Source: a virus. Taken from it: a stretch of DNA of 64,000 bases. The DNA lies in IMG/VR virus record IMGVR_UViG_3300008267_000054, positions 52,440 through 116,439 of that record; one strand, given 5' to 3'. Within the stretch, counting starts at the first letter, position 1, and each line of letters starts with the position of its first letter. Below, one piece after another: positions 19,576 through 29,559 of this stretch. Under the pieces are notes generated by a model. The model was not told the DNA's origin and ran no database searches. It worked only from the letters and a program-made list of their open reading frames with translations. Position numbers and translations under genes: made by a program.

Positions 19576-19893
19576 ATGGCTCAAGTAAAAAAATATCTTA
19601 CTTGGGATCAAACTGAATACCCAATTCAATGGGATAACAACCCATACACTTGGGAAGAGGTTTTTGTCCTAATAGAAGTTGCTGAGGCAATAGGTGGTGG
19701 TCATACACCACATGATGCCTACAAACATCTAGAAGAGAGAAAAAAGAAGGTATTAATTAAAGTTATTGCTAAAGTAAAAGGTGAAGAGTTCAGCGAAGAA
19801 AAATACAAACAGGAAAATATAAAAGTTACTACAGAGGATATTGAGTTGGTATTAAAAGAAGTGCTACACATACAAGTAAATAAAGTAGAATAA
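19576..19893 (+). CDS. hypothetical structural-region protein
   Basis: 105-aa ORF with TATTTATA at 19563-19570. Confidence 0.7.
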   Translation: MAQVKKYLTWDQTEYPIQWDNNPYTWEEVFVLIEVAEAIGGGHTPHDAYKHLEERKKKVLIKVIAKVKGEEFSEEKYKQENIKVTTEDIELVLKEVLHIQVNKVE

Positions 19894-19894
19894 T

Positions 19895-20446
19895 ATGTAT
19901 ACATTTTATACGGATAAGCAAGAGATGTTTGAATGTAAGTTGGACCTCGAAGGAGCAAAACTAACAGATTCAAAAGTAAGATTAGTATTAGAATCAGACA
20001 ACTATAACTTGCTATTTTATGGTACTATTAACGAAAATGGTAAATGCCAAATACCAGTAAAGAGGTTAAAAAGCCTCCTTCAAGAATCAGATACGGGCAA
20101 AGTTAAGTTGGAAGTCATTGCAGAGGATACATACTTTGAACCTTGGAAAGATACATACAGTGTTGAAACTAGCAAAAAAGTTACTGTTGAAATTGTATCA
20201 AAAGAAACTGCTAAACCAATCACAGAGAAAAAAGTAACAGCTGTTGTTGAAAAGATTGAACCAAAAGAAGATCCTAGAACAACTCAATTTTTAAAGATAC
20301 TTGAAAAGAAGAACATAACATTAGCAAACATTAAACAACACATTAAAACCATACAAACCCTAAGCGAAATCTTTACAAAAAAGTATAACTTGTCAGATTC
20401 AGAAAAAAGGAGTATAGTTGAAGGTGTAGTTAATAAATTAAAATGA
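19895..20446 (+). CDS. hypothetical structural-region protein
   Basis: 183-aa ORF with beta-rich N-terminal domain. Confidence 0.7.
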   Translation: MYTFYTDKQEMFECKLDLEGAKLTDSKVRLVLESDNYNLLFYGTINENGKCQIPVKRLKSLLQESDTGKVKLEVIAEDTYFEPWKDTYSVETSKKVTVEIVSKETAKPITEKKVTAVVEKIEPKEDPRTTQFLKILEKKNITLANIKQHIKTIQTLSEIFTKKYNLSDSEKRSIVEGVVNKLK

Positions 20447-20458
20447 TAAAATGTTACA

Positions 20459-22792
20459 ATGTCAGCTGATAACTTTACAGGACAAAATATTAGTGGCACA
20501 TACCAAAGGCTACTTCAGCTGTCAGATAATGATGGTTTCGTAATCAACGGTACCGGTTCTAGGGTAGACCTTTTACGAACTACATCATCATATGCTTTAA
20601 CAGCATCTTACGTACCAGGAGTTACAGTCACTACTCCAGGTGGAGACTTGTGGTCTATACAATTTAATTCAGCTAGTACTTTTCAAGGTTCCAACAAACT
20701 ACTATTTAACAGTGTATCCTCAGTACTAACATTAACCGGTAGTTTATTTACAACCGGCTCAAACACATTTATTGGTACACAAACAGTAACCGGTAGTTTG
20801 TTTACAACCGGATCCAATACATTAATAGGTAATACCACATTAACCGGTTCATTAAGTATAACTGGTTCAACTCTACAAGTAGGAAGCAATACATTATACG
20901 GTGATACTCTGTTATCGGGTAGTATAACCATATCCGGATCACATTTAGCAAATACACCAACAATTAGGGTGTATGGTGATATGGAAACTGATGGTGTAAT
21001 TAAATTCCTACCAGTATCCTATGACATAGATCCAACAATATCCGGTTCCTACATTTTCGTATCAGGTTCAACTGATGACTTATATTTTTCTCAAAATGGG
21101 GCTGGGTTTTCCAATACAACTCGATTACGTTGGTTAGAAGGTAATTTGTATACTGGGTTATTAAACGGTGGTTTATTATCAATCGTAAATACCAACACAT
21201 ACAGGATTAGTAGTGGTAGTGGTATTATTGTTAATTTGAACGGATCGTATAGTGATAATCCATACCCAATAATAGAATATCTTAATTGGGGAAATATAAC
21301 TAATACAATTGATGCTTTAAGTGGATCATTTGGTGATTATAATGAATTTATACCCATTGGTATTGTACTCCATCAAAACAGATCTACAATCAACGGAGTT
21401 CAAACATTCCCTGGCACAGCTTATGGTTGGAAACAGAGATCCTATGATTTTATTAAAGCGTTCGGAGCATTAAAAGTCTCAGGCTATACATTAGCACAGA
21501 GTGGCTCTTCAGCAAGAGGTTTAGCGTTAAGTGGAGGTGTCGCTTGGGTAGAGGGAAGAAATTACACAAATGATCCTAATAGTCCAAGTTACATTGTAGA
21601 AGCAACGGGCATAACTACATCTAAAATATTTAGATACTATCAATCAGGATCTAATTGGCAATCTAATTGGGGCTATAATACAAATGGAGGAGCAGGATTT
21701 ACAGATATTGATCCAACTCAGTATTCAAATGCCGGTACACTAACTTCGGTAGGATCTAATAAATGGACCATACAACGAGTATATTATTTCCCTAATAGTG
21801 CAACAAAGGCATTATTTGTTTATTATGGAAACGCTGAATACGCCAATGAAGCAGATGCATTAGCAGCAGTAACCACTGAACCATTTACCGAAGCTCCTAA
21901 TACAGCAGCCAGCGCTATCTATGTTGGTTATATGTTATTAAGAAATGATGCAATTTTTACATTACCAGTATCATATACTTTTTATCAAGCAGGATTATTT
22001 AGAGGGTCCGGTACTGGTGGTGCAGGTGGAGGTGGAGCATCTACATTAGCAGGATTAACAGACGTATCCATATCATCAGTAACCAATGGTGATTTATTAA
22101 AGTATAATTCAACCACAGGATTATGGAACAATACAAAAACGCTATCAGGTAGTTATACTTTATCAGGATCTCTAGTTACCAATGATGGTGTATGGGTTCA
22201 GAGTTTAACAGCTTCCTTTATCAGTGCATCCTCAGGCATAACCGGTAGTTTATTTGGAACAGCATCATATGCTGACAGATCTTTTAGAGCTACAGAGATT
22301 GGTGATGATAGTTACCAAATAGATGTTTTTGAAATTGGATATGGCATTTCTCAACCAACATCCGACTCAGTTCAATTATATAATATACAAAACACTCCGA
22401 TAGCAACAGTTACAATCGATAATGTAGCTAACGCGGCCAATGCAGGGTTTGCAATAACGGCGACAAATGCCGATTCAGCATCATACGTAAATACTCTAAG
22501 CCAAACTGTTGTAGTGTCGGGATCGGTTGATATATCTGGTTCCCTATTTTTAAATGGTGTAGCAGTAGGTTCAAGTGGTACTGAAACTGACCCAGTTTAC
22601 ACAGCAGAAAAATCAACGTTAGCAAGAACGGGATCAAACCAGTTTAATGGTAATCAAACAATAACCGGTAGCTTGGATGTAAGTGGCTCTTTTGGTCTCT
22701 ATAGCTTTGGAACAGCTGCACCAATATCTAGTCCTACAAGACCGGGATTACTTTACTTCACAAATACTGATCTGTATATCTCACTAGATTGA
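20459..22792 (+). CDS. tail fibre/spike-like protein 1
   Basis: 777 aa; 18-aa TGSL repeats; PGG..IQFN module; central domain paralogous to one in 29560-33615. Confidence 0.75.
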   Translation: MSADNFTGQNISGTYQRLLQLSDNDGFVINGTGSRVDLLRTTSSYALTASYVPGVTVTTPGGDLWSIQFNSASTFQGSNKLLFNSVSSVLTLTGSLFTTGSNTFIGTQTVTGSLFTTGSNTLIGNTTLTGSLSITGSTLQVGSNTLYGDTLLSGSITISGSHLANTPTIRVYGDMETDGVIKFLPVSYDIDPTISGSYIFVSGSTDDLYFSQNGAGFSNTTRLRWLEGNLYTGLLNGGLLSIVNTNTYRISSGSGIIVNLNGSYSDNPYPIIEYLNWGNITNTIDALSGSFGDYNEFIPIGIVLHQNRSTINGVQTFPGTAYGWKQRSYDFIKAFGALKVSGYTLAQSGSSARGLALSGGVAWVEGRNYTNDPNSPSYIVEATGITTSKIFRYYQSGSNWQSNWGYNTNGGAGFTDIDPTQYSNAGTLTSVGSNKWTIQRVYYFPNSATKALFVYYGNAEYANEADALAAVTTEPFTEAPNTAASAIYVGYMLLRNDAIFTLPVSYTFYQAGLFRGSGTGGAGGGGASTLAGLTDVSISSVTNGDLLKYNSTTGLWNNTKTLSGSYTLSGSLVTNDGVWVQSLTASFISASSGITGSLFGTASYADRSFRATEIGDDSYQIDVFEIGYGISQPTSDSVQLYNIQNTPIATVTIDNVANAANAGFAITATNADSASYVNTLSQTVVVSGSVDISGSLFLNGVAVGSSGTETDPVYTAEKSTLARTGSNQFNGNQTITGSLDVSGSFGLYSFGTAAPISSPTRPGLLYFTNTDLYISLD

Positions 22793-22820
22793 TATTTATA
22801 GGTAAAGTCAATTACAATAT

Positions 22821-25800
22821 ATGGGATATAGTTTTAAATGGATTTTAGAGCATCTTTCGCAATCCTTTGTTGTAGCATCAGCATCATATGCCGCTAATGC
22901 TGGAACTGCATCCTACGCAATTTACGCCGCCAATGCAGGAACTGCTTCATACGTAACTGCTTCTAATGTCTATGGTCTATATGGTAGTAACTCCATCTTA
23001 TCTGCAAGCTGGGCTTTAACAGCAGCTTATGCAATGAATGGTGGCTCTGGAGGAGGTGGAACTCCAGGAGGTGCTAATACAACCATACAATTCAATTCAG
23101 GTGGATACTTTAGTGGTAGCACTAACTTCACCTTCATATCACAAAGTAATGCGGTTAGATTAACCGGAAGTTTGTATATTACAGCAAGCGGTACTACACC
23201 GGCTGTAACAATAACACAAAAAAACAGTGGTACTACTGGAGTGTTTTTTGTGCACGGACCAAGTGGTAATACCAAGTTTGCATATGACCTACCTTTTAGC
23301 TCAACTGGTATTTATGTAATACCATACGAGTCTGCAACCGGTAGAATTAGTGGTACGAATTATGGATCAGCAGGATTTCAAATTCTTGGTGCAGCATCCC
23401 ACTTAATACTGCAAACAGATAGCGTTACAGCACCTATCAGACTATTACCTGGTACAACGGGAGGTGGTAATGTATTACTATCAGGCTCACTATATGTAAC
23501 TAACTCAGTTTATTTTAGTGGTTTAACAACTACAGCACAAACAAATGTATTAACAATTAACCCAACAACTGGTCAGATATTTTATACAGCATCAAATGCT
23601 TTTGCAACAACACCTGGTATAAATGGTATAGATCAATATATTTCTAGGTTTAGTGGATCTAATCAGTTAGAGACATCTTCAGTGTTCAATGATAGGTCCT
23701 TACTATCATTAAAGTCTGGTCATTTACCATCCCTATTCACCGACGCAGATATATCAGTAGTTTTTGGATCAGGAAGTTGGATTTACAACAATGCTCAGGC
23801 AATATCCGCTGCACAACCTCGAATAACTGCAGCACATAGTTTTGGTAAATATAATACTAATCATGGATCTAATATAGGGTTCAGTGCAAATTATGCAACA
23901 AGTAATGTTGGTGCATATGACTTTGTACAAAACTTATTAGCATCCTCAGCACCAAGGATACATTTTTCTAGTTATTATTCTGGTGGACAGATATTATATG
24001 CTCCATTCGCAGGAGATTTACATTATTTAGGTCAATCGCAACGTACAAACTATGCAATAGTTGCAGATCTAAATAATGGAGACATAATGCGTGTAATAGG
24101 TATCTATTATCCAATTACAGATTCAGATATATTAATAAACACTGTAGCTGATGCAAACTTTGTAGATTCAAGTGGCGGTGCCAATTATACTGGACTAACT
24201 ATAAATTTTAGCTCCATTGACGAGTATATACAAGGTGGTGGCGTAAATACACAAACAAATGGTAATATAGTGTGTTTTTTCTTGGATGGTGGTCCTGATG
24301 GTTTTTTTGATACAAACGCTAACACTGCAAAAAATATTGCAACATCAGCACATGGATACGGAACACATGCTGAAGGGTATTATACACAAACAAGAGGCCA
24401 TTACACACATGCAGAAAATAACAACACAGTAGCAGTTGGATCTGGGTCAAGAGCTTCAGGGTATAAAACAGTTGGAGCGGGAAGATATGGTAATGCAAAC
24501 AATATCTTCACCGCTGCAGGTCCAACGTATTATGTAAAAAATGCAATAATTAGAAGATCTAATTATAATCAAAATTCCTATGATTACTATTATAGTGTTG
24601 GTATTGAACAAGTTGGTTCACCTAATCCAACTGATTATGTTAGTAATATAACGTGGATAGCTGACAATGAACTTGGAACTAGGTTTAATAATGCAGGTTT
24701 CTCTTCACATACTCAAGCAATAAAATGTGTAATACAAATACCATCCCTAGATTATATTGGCATAGTAGAGCTGTTTGCAGGAGAGTATGATAGTGATCGC
24801 TATGTAACAACACTGCTTGATATATTACCTGATGGTATATCATCATCAATAGCAAACACTTATATAACACCAATTGATACCAACACTTTTTTTGAAACAT
24901 ATGATAGTCAATATGGTGGTGGTTCTGGATATGGTGCTTTTTCAATTGGCGTTGAAACTATATCAACTAATTCGGGTTCATTTGCCGGTGGTATATCAAC
25001 AAAAACATATGGGTCAGGATCTTTTACCTATGGTCAAGACTTAAACAATACACACAATAATAGCTTCTTATTTGGCCGGGATGCCGACTCTGCAGCTGAC
25101 GATTCCTTTTTGTTTAGTGTTAACGGCAGCAGTAATTTATATGCTAATGATTATTTTGTTGGGATCAATACGTTAGCACTACCTAACTCTGGATATAGAG
25201 GAATTAGTATAATTGGTACAGCTAGTGTGAGTAATGATTTGTTTGTTAATGCAAACAGTTACTTGGGCAATGGTATATCTGATGTAACAACTATTACCGG
25301 TTCATTGATAGTATCTAACAGCTATCAGTTAATTGGTACAGGTAACGTAACTGGTTCGTTAATAGTATCCAATTCCCTAAGAACAATTGGTACATCACAA
25401 GTCACTGGTTCATTAATTGTTTCCAACTCGCTAAACGTAATTGGTACATCTCGTGTTACCGGTTCATTAATAGTATCAACTAGCTTAAATACTATTGGAA
25501 CAAATACAACAACCGGTTCTCTTTTTATAACCGGATCATCAAGATTAATCGGCGACAGTACAATTACCGGTTCAATTTTAATGACTGGGTCTGCGGCAAT
25601 CTCCAAAGTAAATTATATTGATTTTGTAACTAGTAGTGTCCATCCACATTTAGTCGGTAGAATACATTGGGATAATGACTATGGTACACTTAATATAGAT
25701 TTAGATAGTACTTCTGGTAATGAAGTTATGACCAAAGTTGGTCAAGACAACTTTTACTACATCAAAAATCAAACCGGTGTTACTTTAACAAAGGGTAAAG

Positions 25801-26687
25801 TTATACGAGCATCAGGTACATTAGGAGCATCTGGAAGATTGCTAGGTAATTATATGATTGCTGATGGTACTATACCATATTATTACACTATTGGTATAGC
25901 GGCAGAGGACATAGGTAATGGTGAAGATGGATATGTGTATGAGTTTGGATTACTAAGAGGTATTCAAACTGATGGAGGTAATTACGGTGAGACGTGGACA
26001 GATGGAACTATTTTATATGTTTCCACTACTAATTTAGGAGGACTAACTTCAGTAGAACCAACTGCTCCAAATCCTAAAATGCAAATGGCTATTGTCATTG
26101 ATGCTGATGCATCTAATGGTAGTATTTTTATTAGGCCAGATTTGCGTGGCAATATTAACGACTTACATAATGTAAAATTATCTGCTCCATCTTCTAGTGG
26201 AGATCTATTGGTATATAGTGGATCAGTTTGGATCAATTCAAAACAATTAACTGGGTCTTATGGTTTAACTGGTAGCCTAACAGCAATAAATGGAGGATTT
26301 ACAGGATCATTAAGTGGGTCAGCTACATCTGTAGTAAGTTCATTGGCTAGTAGTACTGGTATTGTTTCATTTAACTATAATGGTTCAACAGCACAGACAG
26401 TAGCAGTATCAGGAGCATCTAGCTTAACTACTAATAAAGTTATTAAGTGGGATGGAAGTGCTTTTGCAAATACAAACATCTCAGATGATGGTAACCTAGT
26501 AAACATTAATAGTAATACCGGTATAACTGGGTCATTCTTTATTAAGTCTGGATTTGGTACACAAACACAACCGGCAATGCAAGTTAACACAGATGGTGTG
26601 TTAGTTTTAGGAGAGTATTCAACAACACCAACAGCAATAGTAGGAGCAATCATATACAGTGGTAGTGATTATTATTTAGGATTTTAA
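22821..26687 (+). CDS. tail fibre protein 2 with YadA/Hep_Hag-like beta-roll repeats
   Basis: 1288 aa; 14-aa repeats (THAEGYYTQTRGHY/THAENNNTVAVGSG) and 18-aa TGSLIVSNS repeats. Confidence 0.75.
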   Translation: MGYSFKWILEHLSQSFVVASASYAANAGTASYAIYAANAGTASYVTASNVYGLYGSNSILSASWALTAAYAMNGGSGGGGTPGGANTTIQFNSGGYFSGSTNFTFISQSNAVRLTGSLYITASGTTPAVTITQKNSGTTGVFFVHGPSGNTKFAYDLPFSSTGIYVIPYESATGRISGTNYGSAGFQILGAASHLILQTDSVTAPIRLLPGTTGGGNVLLSGSLYVTNSVYFSGLTTTAQTNVLTINPTTGQIFYTASNAFATTPGINGIDQYISRFSGSNQLETSSVFNDRSLLSLKSGHLPSLFTDADISVVFGSGSWIYNNAQAISAAQPRITAAHSFGKYNTNHGSNIGFSANYATSNVGAYDFVQNLLASSAPRIHFSSYYSGGQILYAPFAGDLHYLGQSQRTNYAIVADLNNGDIMRVIGIYYPITDSDILINTVADANFVDSSGGANYTGLTINFSSIDEYIQGGGVNTQTNGNIVCFFLDGGPDGFFDTNANTAKNIATSAHGYGTHAEGYYTQTRGHYTHAENNNTVAVGSGSRASGYKTVGAGRYGNANNIFTAAGPTYYVKNAIIRRSNYNQNSYDYYYSVGIEQVGSPNPTDYVSNITWIADNELGTRFNNAGFSSHTQAIKCVIQIPSLDYIGIVELFAGEYDSDRYVTTLLDILPDGISSSIANTYITPIDTNTFFETYDSQYGGGSGYGAFSIGVETISTNSGSFAGGISTKTYGSGSFTYGQDLNNTHNNSFLFGRDADSAADDSFLFSVNGSSNLYANDYFVGINTLALPNSGYRGISIIGTASVSNDLFVNANSYLGNGISDVTTITGSLIVSNSYQLIGTGNVTGSLIVSNSLRTIGTSQVTGSLIVSNSLNVIGTSRVTGSLIVSTSLNTIGTNTTTGSLFITGSSRLIGDSTITGSILMTGSAAISKVNYIDFVTSSVHPHLVGRIHWDNDYGTLNIDLDSTSGNEVMTKVGQDNFYYIKNQTGVTLTKGKVIRASGTLGASGRLLGNYMIADGTIPYYYTIGIAAEDIGNGEDGYVYEFGLLRGIQTDGGNYGETWTDGTILYVSTTNLGGLTSVEPTAPNPKMQMAIVIDADASNGSIFIRPDLRGNINDLHNVKLSAPSSSGDLLVYSGSVWINSKQLTGSYGLTGSLTAINGGFTGSLSGSATSVVSSLASSTGIVSFNYNGSTAQTVAVSGASSLTTNKVIKWDGSAFANTNISDDGNLVNINSNTGITGSFFIKSGFGTQTQPAMQVNTDGVLVLGEYSTTPTAIVGAIIYSGSDYYLGF

Positions 26688-26723
26688 GTATATTTATTAT
26701 AAAGAAAACATAAAACAAACTAA

Positions 26724-27617
26724 ATGGCAACGTGGAAAAAGATTGTAGTATCAGGTAGTAACATCTCCCAACTAAATAACGATTCAAATTATATAACAGC
26801 TGGGGGCGTTGCAGCAAACTCACCAAATTCATTTGCAACGATGTCCATCAACGGAACATTAGTTTTAGCAGATAATCCTACTGGATCATTAGTGTTTGCA
26901 TCGTCATCTGGCGCAGGTTTAAATATTGTAGGAAGTAGCGCACCGGACACTATTACTTTTAATTTAATCAGTATACCAAATGCAAGTTTAGCGAATTCTA
27001 GTGTTACGGTTGGATCAACAGCAATATCGTTAGGAGCCACCTCCACAACCTTAGCTGGTTTAACATCTGTAACATCGACTACTTTTGTTGGTGATTTAAC
27101 TGGAACAGCTACCACTGCATCCAACATTACACCAGCTATAACAAATGGAGCTGATAACAGAGTTCTTACTGCAAATACAAATGGCACTATTAATGGTGAA
27201 GCTAATTTAACATTTGACGGCTCAACATTAACTGTAGCTGGTAACTTAACAGTTAATGGTACAACTACAACTGTCAACACAACAAATCTTATTGTAACAG
27301 ATCAATTTGTTTTACTAGGATCAGGTTCAGTTGCAAACAAAGATGGTGGTATTATTATTCAAAGCTCTGCTGGAGACAATACAGGATTTGCATATTTCCT
27401 AGACAATACTACTAATCCACGTTGGGCATTCTCATCTAGTGTTGCGGCAAACTCGACAACCGTTTCACCGGATGAATACGTTGTATCAGCTAAGTCAGTA
27501 GCCGGTACATGGACAGCAGCAAGTGCAGCGCCAACATATGGTGGAACAACAGCAGGCTATGGTAACATAGTTATTGATGCTAATGGTGGGGGAGATATTT
27601 GGATTTATACAATATAA
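26724..27617 (+). CDS. fibre-like structural protein (MATWKKIVVSGS)
   Basis: LTVAGNLTVNGTTTTVNTTNL triple-beta motif. Confidence 0.7.
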   Translation: MATWKKIVVSGSNISQLNNDSNYITAGGVAANSPNSFATMSINGTLVLADNPTGSLVFASSSGAGLNIVGSSAPDTITFNLISIPNASLANSSVTVGSTAISLGATSTTLAGLTSVTSTTFVGDLTGTATTASNITPAITNGADNRVLTANTNGTINGEANLTFDGSTLTVAGNLTVNGTTTTVNTTNLIVTDQFVLLGSGSVANKDGGIIIQSSAGDNTGFAYFLDNTTNPRWAFSSSVAANSTTVSPDEYVVSAKSVAGTWTAASAAPTYGGTTAGYGNIVIDANGGGDIWIYTI

Positions 27618-27634
27618 TTCCTATATTATAGGTT

Positions 27635-27844
27635 ATGGGTATATTAGATAGAATAACTGCAAGCAAGCAGCAAATGGAGGTTGTTAGTCAAGAGCAACAA
27701 CCAGATCCAAACAAACTAACACAACAAGAAATTCAGATGGCATTGTTGTTGTTAAAGCAATCGACAATAAAAGGTGAGCAAGTTGAAGTTTTTTATAACT
27801 TGGTTCTGAAACTACAAAATCAATTTATACAACAAGGTAGTTAA
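27635..27844 (+). CDS. small helical protein, possible fibre assembly factor
   Basis: 69-aa ORF. Confidence 0.6.
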   Translation: MGILDRITASKQQMEVVSQEQQPDPNKLTQQEIQMALLLLKQSTIKGEQVEVFYNLVLKLQNQFIQQGS

Positions 27845-27847
27845 GTT

Positions 27848-28051
27848 ATGGATATTTTTTCAATAGATTTGACATTGCCGGAGCTAGTAATACTAAGACA
27901 ATCTTTAGATTTTGTTACAATACCAGGCAAAGATGCTAAACAATTTGCAGCTTTACAAGTAAAGTTGGAGACTGAGATAGCTGAAATACAAAGATTACTT
28001 ACACCAGTAACAGAAGGGCCAAGTTCAAAAAAGAAATTAGTAAAAGAATAA
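27848..28051 (+). CDS. small helical protein, similar to the preceding ORF
   Basis: 67 aa; LT..E...L......TI.G.....F..L..KL pattern shared with 27635-27844. Confidence 0.6.
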   Translation: MDIFSIDLTLPELVILRQSLDFVTIPGKDAKQFAALQVKLETEIAEIQRLLTPVTEGPSSKKKLVKE

Positions 28052-28069
28052 ATTGTTATATTTATAATA

Positions 28070-28124
28070 AATTATTGGCCCGTAAGGGAAGTGGACTAGA
28101 CATATCTAGCAACCAACCATAATT
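28070..28124 (+). ncRNA. candidate three-way-junction structured RNA in a 5' UTR
   Basis: P1 AATTATTGG/CCATAATT; P2 CCC-GTAA-GGG (GNRA loop); P3 TGG-A-CTAGA-CATA-TCTAG-CAA-CCA; lies between TATTTATA (28059-66) and ATG 28133. Confidence 0.55.
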
Positions 28125-28132
28125 AAGTTAAT

Positions 28133-28939
28133 ATGCCGAGTTGGAAAAAATTAATTGTATCCGGTGGAAGTGCTGCATTAAGTAGCGTAACAGCTAGCGT
28201 TGGATTTCTTGGTAATTTACAAGGAACAGCAACGAGTGCCTCATACGTAACGGGATCAATATTTACAGGATCAAATTTAGCAACATCATCATCGTATGCT
28301 ATAACAGCATCGTATGCTTTATCATCACCAGGTGGTGGTGCCTCACCAGGAGGTACTCAGTGGCAAGTTCAAGTTAATAGTGGATCAGGTCAGTTTTATG
28401 CTGACAGTGGCTTCGTTTACATACCGGCTACCAGAAAAATACAATACACAGCAAATAGAGATTTCGATTCAAATAACTACGATCAAAATGCTGCTAGTAG
28501 CTTTCAATTATTAAATAACAATGATTCGGTTTTTAGTAAAGGACATTATTCAAATCTACTACAGCGTACTAAACTCATTACAAAAAACGTAACAACATCC
28601 ATAATAACTTTTGATGTAGCAGCTGCAGTCTCGACTGCATTAACAGTCACTGGATTCAAATGTGATTATTCAATAGGGTATGGTAATTTGACAAATGGAT
28701 CACCAGCACAAATCAGTGATAGTAGAATTGGAACAATTCATGGAGTATGGTCTTGGGATTACACTAGTACTAACATATCAGACAATCATGTAATATCAGA
28801 TGCATATGGTGTCTTAAAAGATGGTGTATTCCAATTAACATGGGGAGCAGGTACAGTGACATTAGAATACTCAACCGGTCCAAACATATCTGAAGATTGT
28901 GTATTTAATGGTCTATTTACAGTATTCGTAAACAAATAA
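28133..28939 (+). CDS. fibre-like structural protein (MPSWKKLIVSG)
   Basis: N-terminus similar to the 26724 ORF; TAS/SAS repeats. Confidence 0.7.
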   Translation: MPSWKKLIVSGGSAALSSVTASVGFLGNLQGTATSASYVTGSIFTGSNLATSSSYAITASYALSSPGGGASPGGTQWQVQVNSGSGQFYADSGFVYIPATRKIQYTANRDFDSNNYDQNAASSFQLLNNNDSVFSKGHYSNLLQRTKLITKNVTTSIITFDVAAAVSTALTVTGFKCDYSIGYGNLTNGSPAQISDSRIGTIHGVWSWDYTSTNISDNHVISDAYGVLKDGVFQLTWGAGTVTLEYSTGPNISEDCVFNGLFTVFVNK

Positions 28940-28954
28940 TATAAATAAGGTAAT

Positions 28955-29542
28955 ATGCCAGTAACTAAAACACCAGCAATAATAAAAGCAAAGGATGGAG
29001 TAGAGATCAGAGGTCTCTGCTTACCTGGTGTTGTTCAAGATGGTACCACCGATCCATATCAAGTTGATAGTGAAGTGGTAGTGCTTGTTGACACAACGTC
29101 ATTAACCTTCACGGTCGATTTGAGTAATGTTGAAGTAGATGGACGAATTGTGATGATCTATGATGTTGGTGGCAATTGCTTTGCAAACAATGTTACAATA
29201 ACATCAGCCGCAACAATAACTGGTAAACAAAAACTAAATCAAGATTATGGAGTTATTGGTTACATCTATAGAGAGTCAACTGGTAGATGGTATTCTATAA
29301 TCAATGAAACAACAAAAACGGGTTATATAGGTCCTGGGGATTTTACAGGATCGCCCTTATCAGCAACTGTAACCTTTGATACAACCTACGTATCAACAAA
29401 TTACTCAATAGCAATAACCGGTGAAGATGCTAGATCATGGTCCATTAGCTCAAAAGCTGCTGGTGGTTTTACTGTAGATAGTAATTCCTCTACAGCCTTA
29501 ACTGGTAATGTTTATTGGACAACAATTGCATACACATCATAA
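28955..29542 (+). CDS. structural protein with C-terminal lectin-like/fibre-tip beta domain
   Basis: 195 aa; TVTF...Y....YSIAITG...GFTV...VYW pattern. Confidence 0.55.
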   Translation: MPVTKTPAIIKAKDGVEIRGLCLPGVVQDGTTDPYQVDSEVVVLVDTTSLTFTVDLSNVEVDGRIVMIYDVGGNCFANNVTITSAATITGKQKLNQDYGVIGYIYRESTGRWYSIINETTKTGYIGPGDFTGSPLSATVTFDTTYVSTNYSIAITGEDARSWSISSKAAGGFTVDSNSSTALTGNVYWTTIAYTS

Positions 29543-29559
29543 TAATTATATAAAAACGT

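Noticed and set aside
28070-28124. Structured segment read as a tRNA or terminator
   Set aside because: Too short, no T-loop or D-loop consensus and no U-tract; kept only as an unassigned structured RNA. No tRNA was recognised elsewhere by eye.
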